From Oikopleura dioica (taxonomy: Eukaryota > Animalia > Chordata), in assembly GCA_907165135.1 (NCBI GenBank), contig OU015568.1:7688001-7752000 (forward strand): a DNA stretch of 64,000 bases, read 5' to 3'. The position numbers and the translations under genes were made by a program. The notes below the pieces were generated by a model that saw only the letters and a program-made list of their open reading frames with translations, was not told where the DNA came from and ran no database searches. Positions 11,511-22,303 of this stretch are shown piece after piece (position 1 is the stretch's first letter; the number at the start of each line of letters is the position of its first letter).

Positions 11511-12218
11511 CAGTTTTTTCCATCTTAAGAGGCCCCAACTTAAGAGGACTTTTGCGTCAATTTGGCTAATTTTGTCACCCTGAAAAATTCCACTTTCATG
11601 ATAATTTTATTAAATTTAAGAAAATTTCTCTTTACCTTGGCCAGCCAAGGTGCACCACCTGTGGATCACTGGTCAAAGAATCAGCTCTTTCAGCAAAGTG
11701 CTTTTGATATTTAAAAAGAAAGAAACTGTAGGGCAATTCATCGATAAGCTTAGGCCCCCTGAGGCCCCCTTACGGTTAGTCTCAGTTAGGGTTAGGGTTA
11801 GGAAACAGCCTTACTTTGAGGATTACTAGATGCACCATGTATGGTGCACAGCTATTATATTGCCGGGTAGGGTTAGGTTAGGGTTAGGGTTTTTGGCCGG
11901 TAGGCTAAAATTTTCCGAAAAAAATGCGCCGAATAATTCTCTTTTCAAATTCGATGTCTGTATCCGATGCTGAAACCCAAACCCAGATCCGAGCCAATTT
12001 TGGCATAAGTATTGATTTTTCTTGGTCAAAACTTCCTGTTATCAACTTTTTCAGCTAATTTAACCTTCGGACGCATTAGGAAGCAAAAATATGGGGTTTT
12101 TAAAAAATTCAAATTTTTAAAATATGTATACCTGATTCGACTCGAAAATTTCCAACTTAAGAGGACTTTTCCTCAGCCCTTGTAATCTCAAAAGGCCTCT
12201 TAAGATGGAAAAAAACTG
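11511..12218. mobile_element. Tc1/mariner-type non-autonomous element containing TTAGGG-like repeats
   Basis: TIR CAGTTTTTT(T)CCATCTTAAGAGGCC at both ends, flanked by TA (11509-10, 12219-20). Internal TTAGGG-like tracts at 11786-11802 and 11866-11892. Confidence 0.75.
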
Positions 12219-12244
12219 TAATGCTTGAGGAATTTTGGTTTAGC

Positions 12245-12465
12245 CTGGGCTTGTCAACCTGCGAAGAAAACCTGAGTCAGGATTTGAAAGATCTTTATTG
12301 AAAAGCCGCGCAGCGGCTTTTTTAAGATCGAAGCCGCGTATCGGATTCGCAAAATTATTTTATAAATCTATTTTAAAATTTTGGCGAAACCGCTATGCGG
12401 CTTCGTTTTTAAAAAAGCCGTTTTTAAAAAAGCCTTCATACTCTGAATCAGGTCGCCGAGCCTTC
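12245..12465. mobile_element. MITE family A copy (degraded right arm)
   Basis: CTGGGCTTGTCAACC..AAAACCTGAGTCAGG arm plus AAGCCGCnnnGCGGCTT hairpins. Confidence 0.8.
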
Positions 12466-12702
12466 AAAAGACATCTACCGTCAAATATAAAACAAATGTA
12501 CTGTAGAAAAAAATTGATTGAGTCTATATTTACCGAGTTATAAAAAAATCTAAGGCGCGTTTAGCAGAGCCTGAGCTGTGAGTCAGTTGTTACACACAGG
12601 AGGGATATGTCTAGTAGCGCTGAATCTGCTTAGCGCAGCGGAATTGATAATTGAAGTTCCGTAAGGCTATTATTTTGTCCTTTTCGTTAAACGAAGCGTA
12701 AA

Positions 12703-15700
12703 ATGGGAGACTCGGATCCGGAGTGGGAGCTGTCAGAGGAAGACTTTTCCGATTTGGAGGAGGAATATTCGCAGGAAGATTTGGTTTCCCAAGGTACTTC
12801 TTTTACATAATACCAAATGTACTACCTGAAAACTTGCATGAAACCGGGGCCGGTTATTCCTTACAGCGATTAAATAGCGAGAGGACTCAATACTGTAACT
12901 CATGTAAAATAGAAGTGATTTTATTCAATTTAATAGTCACCTGATCCCTTAGAGAAGTCAAGTTTCATTTTTTCATAAAAGAATTCTTATTTTTCATTTC
13001 AGACAATGGTGGAGAATTCATAAATGAAATTGTTTCATTTGGAAAATAATTTGAATTTCAATTCGACGTCGATTTTATACCATTTGGAATGATCCATTCC
13101 AAATTGATAAGAATCGCCATTTCATAAAATTTTGGATTACCAGCTGCTTCTAAACCGAACCAAATAACTTGGTTTTAGTGATAATGTTTTTGAACGGTCA
13201 TTTTTTTAATTGATTGACGACTTGCAAAATATTTAATGATGATCTACCGGAAGTAAACACAATAGTATTTAGAACTATCAGAAGAGGAAGATGAAGTGGA
13301 ACACGAAAATGATGGCCAAAGGGAAAATAGAAATGAAAAACGCAAATCCATCGAGATCTTCGAAAGCGAAGCATCGCAAGAAACGGACCCAGAGGATCTG
13401 AACTTTACGAAGGGAATGGCATGCAAAACGCAAGGAAGTAGCCACTCGAAAATGCACACTCAGAGGACCTGTGAAGATCCGTATGTCGAAGCAGATGAAA
13501 GGAGGGCACTTTGTTTTCTTCGTCTCAAGGTTTTACCCCCTTCTGAAAAAAATAAGTCCCTTTTTCAGTCGGGAAACGAGTTGATACAAGATGGATATTT
13601 GATCGAAATAGAATTCAGCGAAGAAATTCCAGGTCAAGTTAAGCACAAATATTTACCGCTTAGATTTCTCATGAGCTGGTTTCATAACTTATAAAAAGAC
13701 GATTTAACATTCTCGACCTTCTCTCGGATTTTCGTCAAGGCCCAAACGTCCAAAACCGTGCTCTTCGCATCTCATGAAGGTTTCGAACAAATTTCCGAAA
13801 ATGAGAGCTTTCCATTTGCCTTCCAGATCGAGGCGGATGGGTCCGTTACAAAAAAAAGCTTGAACTGATAAGATAATCATCAAAAATCATCATTTTCCAA
13901 ATGATGAAAACAAAGAATAATGTTGACCCGCAGCGGTAGAGAGACAAATGTCGAAGAGTTCTTGGAGAACAATAATTACGCCATTAAACTCTACGTAAGT
14001 TTCAATTCTCCAAACGTGAATGTTAAAAATTGCTTCCGTCATCAAGAAAAAAAACTGAAGATATGGGAATTATCTGAAAAAGGCCGATAGTCCCAGCGCC
14101 ACGATAAAATTTTTAAGCGCCCCCTCTTCGGCCGTTAATTTCCACCCTTTAGTGGGGACGATACAGGGAAGACTGTGCCAGTCCAATTTCGAAGCGACGA
14201 TCGAAGAGTTTGAAGAAGAAGAGCCGCAAGTCTCAAAATGCTCACACCCTCTTTGGTTCCTTCAACATCCAAGTCTTTGGCAAAGAAAAGATGAAGAAAG
14301 AACCTGTCAAGGAAATTCTAGTGAAGATTTTGACGCGCTACGATGTTTTTACGATACAGGAGATTCGGGATGCAAGCGGGGAGGCCTTCCCTGAGCTGAT
14401 TTCTGCACTGAACGAGGAAGAGGACAAGTATGACTATCACGTGGGTGAGAGACAAGGAAGAGTTTCAATGTTCGGGTTACTTTTGAGATCACATGACCCA
14501 GTCACGGGTATCGAAAAATTCAAAAAAAGACTCTAGGTATCATTGAATATCAAGTTTTAATTGGGTGCCAAATTTTATAAGGAGAAAAGGTCTTACGGTG
14601 CTCATTTTGGGATGATTAAGCTCTAGAAAGACAACTCTAGAGAGCGAGAAATTTCGAGGGAAGGACCCCTTTTTGGGGAAAAAATAATGTTTATAAAGAT
14701 TCTTGTTAATTAACTACAGGAATAAAATCGATTAAAATGGTCTGAGGGAGAAAAGTCTAACAGACAGTTAATGTTCTAGCTTTATAGTTTCTTATCTATG
14801 GCGTCTAGAGGGGAAGTTAATTTGAAACTCGTTGAAAGGGACGACAATTTCAAAGGAGCAATTCGGATTCGGCTGGGACCGTAACAAATTCAAATTAATC
14901 GACTCGTTTGATTTCGAAGACGAAGATAATCTCTTTGAGGGAGCGTTCGCGAAAATAATTTTCCACCAGGTTGGCTTGTTATTTCTTTCGGCGAACGTGC
15001 GCGAAGAGGCCGCCTGGAGTTGTCGTGCTTCAGCGAACGGGCAAAGATGCCAAGTCTTATCCCACGCAGAGGTTCATCGTCATCTCCTGTCATATCAAAC
15101 CTGAGACGGGAGTCAAGGCAAGAGCTTTTTAGAAATCTTCTGAAATTATTTTTGATATTTTAAAATCAAAATTTAATGCATTTTGAGCTCAGCAACCTGT
15201 GTGATAATCCTGAGTCAGGGTCTGAAAGATCTTCAATGAAAAGCCGCGGAGCGGCTTTTTTAAAAACGAAGCCGCAAAGCGGCTTCGCTAATTTAAAAAT
15301 ACTACGCGGCTTTTCATTGAGAATCTTTCAGACCCTGACTCAGGTTTTTTACACAGGCTGTCGAGCTAAGAATGCATTATTTTCTTCTCAAGCTCTTTTT
15401 GAAAGGATATGACTACGGAGGACGAAATCGACAACCTGAAACTTGTGTTTGAAATGGCACGCGACCGTCACCCGGAGGTGAAGGACTGCATCATTGCGGG
15501 CGACATGAACGCGGATTTACATTATGTTAAAGACCCGGAAGCTTTGCAGCTCTACAAGGACCCCAAGGTCAGCAACTACTAAGTCTTACTTTTTGTTTCT
15601 CTCTTGGGAAAGAGGAGAAGGCGCTGGAAGAATTTACTATATTCTAGAGCAAATTCCTGATCGACTTCGACGCGGATACAACGGCCAAAGATACGGACGC

Positions 15701-16043
15701 CGCGTATGATCATATCGTGCTGTATGGAGAGACGATTCAGGAGAATATTGGCACAGGCAAAAGTTTGATCTTCTCGAAATTTTTTTCTCGAATTTTTTTC
15801 TCGAAATTTTTTTTTCTCAAATTTTTTTCTCGAAAATTCTTTTTCTCGAAAATTTTTTTTCTCGAAAAATTTTTTCTCGAAAATTTTTTCTTCTCGAATT
15901 TTTTTTCTAACATTTTAAAACTTCAAGAAGCGCAAGTTTTCGACTTCGAAGAGGTCTTCCAAACGAAAGACATTATCTACGAAGATCAACCCCTGACGTA
16001 CCAAATCTCCGACCACTATCCTGTTGAATTCAGCTTCAGCTGA
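12703..16043 (+). CDS. DNase I-family nuclease with long acidic plus beta-rich N-terminal extension and no signal peptide (single-gene model)
   Basis: The DNase I fold is clear from 14210: FGSFNIQVFG, QEIRD, GRxxxxKEQF, SCH, GDMNAD, AYDHIV, SDHYPVEF. Upstream exons (12703-12793, 13273-13631, 13699-13840, 13917-13995, 14151-) splice in frame by GT-AG into the nuclease. The nuclease call is high confidence; the fusion is inferred. Confidence 0.8.
15183..15370. mobile_element. MITE family A copy in a DNase intron
   Basis: Foldback arms with exact 8-bp TSD AATGCATT (15175-15182 and 15371-15378). Confidence 0.9.
15770..15905. repeat. Tandem (TTTTTTTCTCGAAAA)-like minisatellite in the last DNase intron
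   Basis: About 9 imperfect copies of T6-8CTCGAA(A)n. Confidence 0.85.
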
Positions 16044-16909
16044 AAAAAAAAAATATTATTTTTTAATAAATATATTTTGCGTAAAGCGTTATCAACTTTG
16101 GAGCGAAGGAAAAACAGACCGCAAACGGCCGCAAAACTAATAGTCTAACGAAACACGTGCGATAAGAAGTTCGCTTGAATGTGGTGGTTTCTGCGATAGT
16201 GGTTTGCTAGTTTCATATTTTATTTTTATAAGTCCTTAAAAATTGGCCCCTGGTTTTCTATTGCGCTTTTCTGAAAACGGACCGTTACGTCTTTATTTGA
16301 CAATTATGGCAACCGGACTCTTTTTGATAAGATCGCAACATGTCCTGCTCAGTTTCGTATTACGGCCGGGCCAATCCACGTACTTTCTTATTCTCCATCG
16401 TGACTTGTTTAGTTGGTACGAGGCCACCTCTAAGCCGATAAAAACAAAGTTAACAGCATTCCTAAACATAAGCAAACGCACCGAAAATACAACTCGTAAG
16501 GCAAAAGTGATAAGAAAACCAAACCCCAGTTTTCATATTTATTTCCTTGTGTAATCATCTTTTCGAGTGATCAATTCCAATGATGATGATTATGTGTACC
16601 GAGGAGAAATTTTGTTCCCAGGTAAAATGCTAAAGACATTCCGCCCTAGCGACAAGCCCTGTCGTTAGAATACCGAGCGTTTTTTTTTTGAAAATGTATT
16701 TACACGCATTTTTCAGCCTGTATCGTTCGCAGATTCATTTGCAGCCTCTGAAGGCCAATTTGACGAACGAATAATTTAAGCACTTGGGCTTTTTTCTAGT
16801 GCGGTTCTTATTCTTTTACTTTCGTTTATTCAGAATACACCGGTAAGTACAAGAGTGCATACTCGAATATTGCAGGCTTGGCATCTACATTTAAAACAGA
16901 GCCTCATTT

Positions 16910-17160
16910 GCTTTGTTTTCGCTTCGCTGCGTTTTGCTTTTGCTTCGTTTTCGCCTCGTTTTCGCTTCACCTTCGCTTTGCTTTGCTTTCGCTTCGTCTT
17001 CGTTTCGCTTTCGCTTCCTTTTCGCCTCGCTTTTGCTTCGCTTCGTTTCACTTTCGCTTCGCTTCGCTTTCCCTTTGCTTCGTCTTCGCTTCGCTTTGCT
17101 TCGTTTTCGCCTCGCTTTCGCTTCGTTTTCGCTTCGTCTTTGCTTCATCTTTGCTTTGTT
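16910..17160. repeat. Pyrimidine-rich degenerate (TTCGC/TTTCGC)n microsatellite
   Basis: Repeated ttcgc/tttgc/cttcg units. These explain the F/A/S/R- and K/R/S/E/A-rich spurious ORFs on both strands. Confidence 0.9.
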
Positions 17161-17540
17161 TTCAGACCCTTGTTTAATTTATCTTCATATTACATAAAAA
17201 TTCAAATTGTCAACCTTTCAAGCCTGAAAATAACAGTGGAAGAGAAACACGTGATGTATGCATTAGATGAGAGAGTTTATGCCGTCGGGTCTTCGAAAAT
17301 TTGATAATGCCAAAAGTGTCGAGCCGTTTAGAAGGGTGACGCGCAGCTGGTAGCTTTGAGATTAGCGCATTACGCCGCTTTGAGTGTTTTCCAGCGACTG
17401 GCTTTTAGCTTAAAAAGGTGGATACTTACTTTTTGATTCAATGAGCCAGCTTAAGAATCCACCGTTTTTTCTCGATGAAAATTCTATTTTTTCGGTAAAT
17501 CTCATTTATTAAAATATTTTATTACGTAAAGGCTTTCCTC

Positions 17541-17718
17541 TAGGCTTGGCATCCTGAGTAGAAAACCTGAGTCAGGGTCTGAAAGATCTAAAATTAAAAG
17601 CCGCGTAGCGGCTTTTTAAAAACGAAGCCGCAAAGCGGCTTCGCAAATCTTTAGTACTTGATTTGAATCTCTCTTTCAGACCCTGACTCAGGTTTTTAAC
17701 ACAGGTTTCTTAGCCCAG
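17541..17718. mobile_element. MITE family A copy
   Basis: AAAACCTGAGTCAGGGTCTGAAAG ... CTTTCAGACCCTGACTCAGGTTTT arms with GCCGC hairpins. Confidence 0.85.
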
Positions 17719-18045
17719 CTATTTGCTTCAAAAAGAAACAAAGGAGTCTTAGACTTTTGGACCTCTTATCTCTTTTTTAAAACCCCTTTTTTGTTGTGAA
17801 ATTTGACATGTGTTTACAAAGCCTTTCTTCTGAAAGAAAATTTTATGCAAATCAGAAATTCTTCTCGCCTGAGCCTCTCCGACTTTGCATAAAATCAGAA
17901 AGTTTAGCGATAAGGTTTTTAGTGACTAGATTTACCTTTGGAAGGTTCCAAACGTTGCCAAACGTTGCGATAGTCCTCGATAAGGTGCCCGAGGTCTTTA
18001 TCGCCTCAAGTTAGTAAATTGCGCTCCTTATCGAAACGAGCGCGT

Positions 18046-18148
18046 TTTGGCTCGGCATCCTTAGAAGAAAACCTGAGTCAGGGTCTGAAAGGTATAAAAG
18101 CGAGTTTTCAGACCCTGACTCAGGTTTTCTTCACAGGTTACCGGACAG
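18046..18148. mobile_element. MITE family A short (internally deleted) copy
   Basis: Arms only; the hairpin core is missing. Confidence 0.8.
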
Positions 18149-19761
18149 CCCGATCTGGGCTTGATTTTGCTTGAACTTAGAGAGCCTGTTTACCTGTGGA
18201 AAGATGATCTGGCTCTTGAATCAACGAATTCGCATCGATTAAGAGGAAGCTGCTGCTGCTCCTTTCGATTATCCCCCTCTAGCCTTTATTACCCAGTTCC
18301 GCTTTCAGCCCTTTTATTCAAAGACCAGCAAGTTTGCTCAGAAGTGATGACGAATGCTGTTTTCTGATTCTAGCAGCAACGTTACAAGAATTCTTGAGAA
18401 AACGATGACGCGCTAGAAATCTTACTTTGAAGAGCTAGAAGATGTAATAGACCGAAAATATGCATATCATGCAGGTCGCTGGCATTGTTGAATTTGGTAC
18501 GAAAAATCGACGAAAGCGGCAGTCGTGGATATCGGAATACGTGGATTTGGAGAATACACATTCCATTCAGGGAACCCCACAAAGTTCTTAAACGAAAAAC
18601 CGCATTATGAAAACTTCCGAAATTCAACTTGCCAGAACCGGAAAGGCTGCTAGACAAAAAGCGTAACATATTTCTTGAAACATAAAAAAACGTTTCTTGT
18701 CTTTAATTTTTTTTCCAACGCAAGAAACATCAAAAAAGAATGTAAATTATGAAATTCTAGTGACGCTTTCTTGAGGGATGTCTGGTTGGTAATAATTGCC
18801 AGTAGTTGTTTCCCCGGTGGTTTGTCTTAAAAATATTGAAGGACAAAACTTTCTAGCGTTTCCGATTATTGATAAGTCGAGACTAACTGACATCCTTGGG
18901 GGTACGACTGTTCCTTGTAGAGACGTTTCACCTGCCAGTAGTCTGACAGAGAGACTAATTTGAGGGCCATTAGGATTTCTTAGTATTTTTGATTGTGAAT
19001 TCATTTTCATCTTTTAATTTTTTAGAGAAAAAAGAGTGGCCACAGAGGAACGTGGTTTCTGTGTTATGGTAAGAGGATGAAGCGGGGAATAGCACAGGGG
19101 ATAACACATATTTTCGGAGCTATAAATTTCATCATTCCCATCATTCCAGTGAGAGCTGTCATAACTAAAATAACTTTTTGAGCGGTTCAAATAGATTTTT
19201 CGCCGATTTTCGAAACGCGCAGCTACTGTATTGAACTGAAAGGAGACCAGGAGACAGTATTAAAGCGAAGCTCTTGATCAATTAAAAACAGTAATGTCTT
19301 GTAGAATGCAATCATCAATTACTAAGACGGAGGGCAGCCAAGCTTAACTGCCATAAAGTTGCGCTGACGCTCTTTTAAGTAGTGCGTACTGCTTTAAGTG
19401 TTCATCCCTCGTTTTTTCATTTTCGTGCACTGAGATAAAAATCTGTTGTTTGTTATATAACCTCTTGAATCGAGAAGAGGACTGAGGGGATCTTCGCTCT
19501 TCGAATGTCGGTGGAGACAGACTGGCCGCGTGTAAGAAAATAAAAGCTAAGCTCTTTCTATATTTTGCTTTTGCTGAACACGCAAGAAAGAGAATTCTTG
19601 GCTCAAGAATAACAGCCTTCGTTGCGCTCGTTACGATATATGGAATTTATTTTATAAGTAATTACAAGCCGGTGTATAAATGTCGAACGATGAGTTTTAG
19701 TGAGGCATTATGACGAAAAAAGAAAAGCCATAAGAAGGCATCGGAGAATTAGAGGCGTCAA

Positions 19762-19930
19762 AACTTCAATTTTGGATAGGAACAGCTCAAAAACCAATCA
19801 GATTTCAGTAGTTTTATGGAGAACCAATCATTTTACCGATTAGCAACAACCATTCAGAATGGTTCGGTAAAATGATTGGTTCTTCTTCGAATTTCTGAAA
19901 TCTGATTGGTCCATTTATAACTTGAAAGTT
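19762..19930. repeat. ~170-bp foldback palindrome with four CCAAT boxes
   Basis: AACCAATCAGATTTCAG..AGAACCAATCATTTTACCGA is mirrored by CGGTAAAATGATTGGTTCT..CTGAAATCTGATTGGT around an AACCATTC-A-GAATGGTT centre. Confidence 0.75.
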
Positions 19931-20765
19931 CACAAGCGTAAAATCAAGTTCAGAAACTCTATTTTAGAGCTGATAAAAGTTGTAAGTAGTCCCATCTGCC
20001 CGAACTCGAAAAAATTACAAATTCAGTAAGGCATAAGGATCTGTTATGCGACTACAACTGGCTGCGTGGACTGCCGTCCGAGCTCCAGAACGAAGTGGAT
20101 TCAGGTTCCAACGCCCTTAAGCGCTATGTGCATCCTTGAATTAATTTGAAATTTTTCAGTACGTCGCGAAGCTTTTCGACAAGAACAAAATCAAGTTAAA
20201 ATTATTTCAACTGTATAAACAAAAAAATAACAAGAAAACACGGGAAATTTCAAATCTAGGCCAATGTCTGGTAGACATGCAATTAAGTACTGTTATTCTA
20301 AAGCCAGTTTGGGAAGATACGGAAGTTACGGAAGAAAAAGCGGTGCTTAAAAGTGTCAGTTACTGAAAAAAGTCAGACTACAAACTGGCGCCTTATCAGA
20401 ATCATCGTCATGAAAGGTCACTTCAAAATATCCTGCCAGAACTTCCTGTTCGATAGTGCGACTTCTACGACCAGTTGCGTAACTAGTAGTTGCGTCGGCA
20501 TAATCGCAGATTAATCGTATTTACCGTTTTAAATGATTGAGGGAATCCAGCAGTTGATAATAAACACGTTAGAAACAAGGAGAAATGAACGACCTGTCCT
20601 TTAATCCGGCGCTGCTGCTTTGGATAAAAATAAAGTTGCATGGACTCGAAGATTCAAACGTGCACCAGCTTCCGTAAGATTAGCCCGTTATTGGCCAGCT
20701 CGACGGTATTATTTAATTGATGGTGTATTGAATGTTTCCCTCCGCTGACTTCAAAAAAGCAAGAA

Positions 20766-20963
20766 CTGGGCTCGGCAACCTGTGTAGAAAACCTGAGTCA
20801 GGGTCTGAAAGATCTTCAATGAAAATGAATTTTTCATAGATTGACATGAAAATATTAGCGAAGCCGCTTTGCGGCTTCGATTTTAAAAAAGCCGCTGCGC
20901 GGCTTTTCATTTCAGCGTTTTCAGACCCTGACTCAGGTTTTCTACACAGGTTGTCGAGCTCAG
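20766..20963. mobile_element. MITE family A copy
   Basis: CTGGGCTCGGCAACCTGTGTAGAAAACCTGAGTCAGG left arm and its reverse complement at the right end. Confidence 0.88.
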
Positions 20964-22303
20964 ATTTCGATCTTTTTTTCAAGAAATTCAAGAAAATAGA
21001 CAGTTATTTTGCTTCGCTTGAAATAATTAATCAGGCTCGACAGAACTATAAGATCGATACATTCATCAATAACCTTGGACTTATTGTAGGAATGCCGCGG
21101 AAATGGAAATCAACGTGCAGAGGGAACTGGGTTTCCGGGTAAGACAGCTAGAGACATTTTGAAAAGGACAGTGGCATTAGGTGGGCCACTTTGCTTGCGT
21201 AAACAGAGCGCGACAGTGTGCTCACAAGTTAGGGGAAAGCGCTGTCAAGGTTTGTAAACTGAGACTTCCGAAATCTTGCGCAAGCCAGGTGAACACCAAT
21301 TTACGTTGCCGATAAGCCTGGTACATCTGAGCTCCCTCGTCATTTCCATTTCAAAGAAAAAAAGAGAAAGAGAGATTTCCTAATGGCTTTGTCAAAAAAT
21401 GATTTTGAGAAAATCATTCAGAGGAATTTTTCTAAAAAGAAGAACGTGTTAAAAGACGCTAGTTTTCTCTTATAATTACCCCAACAAATCTGTTCAAATA
21501 CCCAGCATCCGTCATTTTTTGTTATTAAATGAGCAGCTTCGCGCGACCAAAAAGCGCTCATCGAGAAAATAAAACGATTGAGATCATTGAGTCACGTTTT
21601 CGTTAACCGCATTTTCTCGCTCATACCCTCTCCCTGGTCCTCGATTATTTCATCATTCGCCGCGGTACTACGGATAGATAATGATCAGATTTTCTACCGG
21701 TGAGCTTGTCCTATCAAACGTGTTCTTGTCTTACGAAGGACAATGAACAGTTTTGACAAAATCCTACTTCTTACTTGTACTGAGTTTTGATTGATTATTG
21801 AGCCATCAATAACTAATCGGGGATTCGAATTTTCAACCGGAATTTCACTACAGAAGAAATCAATTTTCTTTCTGTTCGTTTTTACATGTCGGAGACCTAG
21901 CGATTACTGTAATTATCTGTAGAAGATTTGAATGGATTCGATTTGTCTTATTAGAGCGAAAATTTCGAAAGAAGTTAACCTTCGACTTGGATTTCTCAAA
22001 ATAAAGGTTACGCTCAAAAACAAGCGCAGCGCCACCTAGGCGTTTACCTTTTGCTTGCCGCTCAGGTGGCGCTGGTGAGCTGTAGCCCGTTGCTTGACCG
22101 CTCGCTGCGCGTCGTGACCCGAGAGAGGTGCTTCCCAGCGAAGAACTAAGAGAAACTTTGAATCCCCGTTTAACGCTTTGCGGGAGACTCTTTGCCTTTT
22201 TCTTTTTTTTGACAATTTTTTTGAAATAGAGATTATCAGAGGAAAAGAACGCAAAAGAACAGAAGAAACAGAATTTACATAAAGAGAGATTCAATCAAAA
22301 AGA

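Noticed and set aside
11786-11892. TTAGGG tracts as a telomere or chromosome-fusion scar
   Set aside because: There are only 3-4 units each, in the same orientation and inside a TIR-bounded element, with no head-to-head array.
16830-17304. Five overlapping ORFs on both strands
   Set aside because: They are by-products of the (TTCGC)n microsatellite.
18382-19010. Minus-strand ORFs of 95 and 87 aa
   Set aside because: No recognisable motif and no convincing splice model linking them; they cannot be supported as genes.
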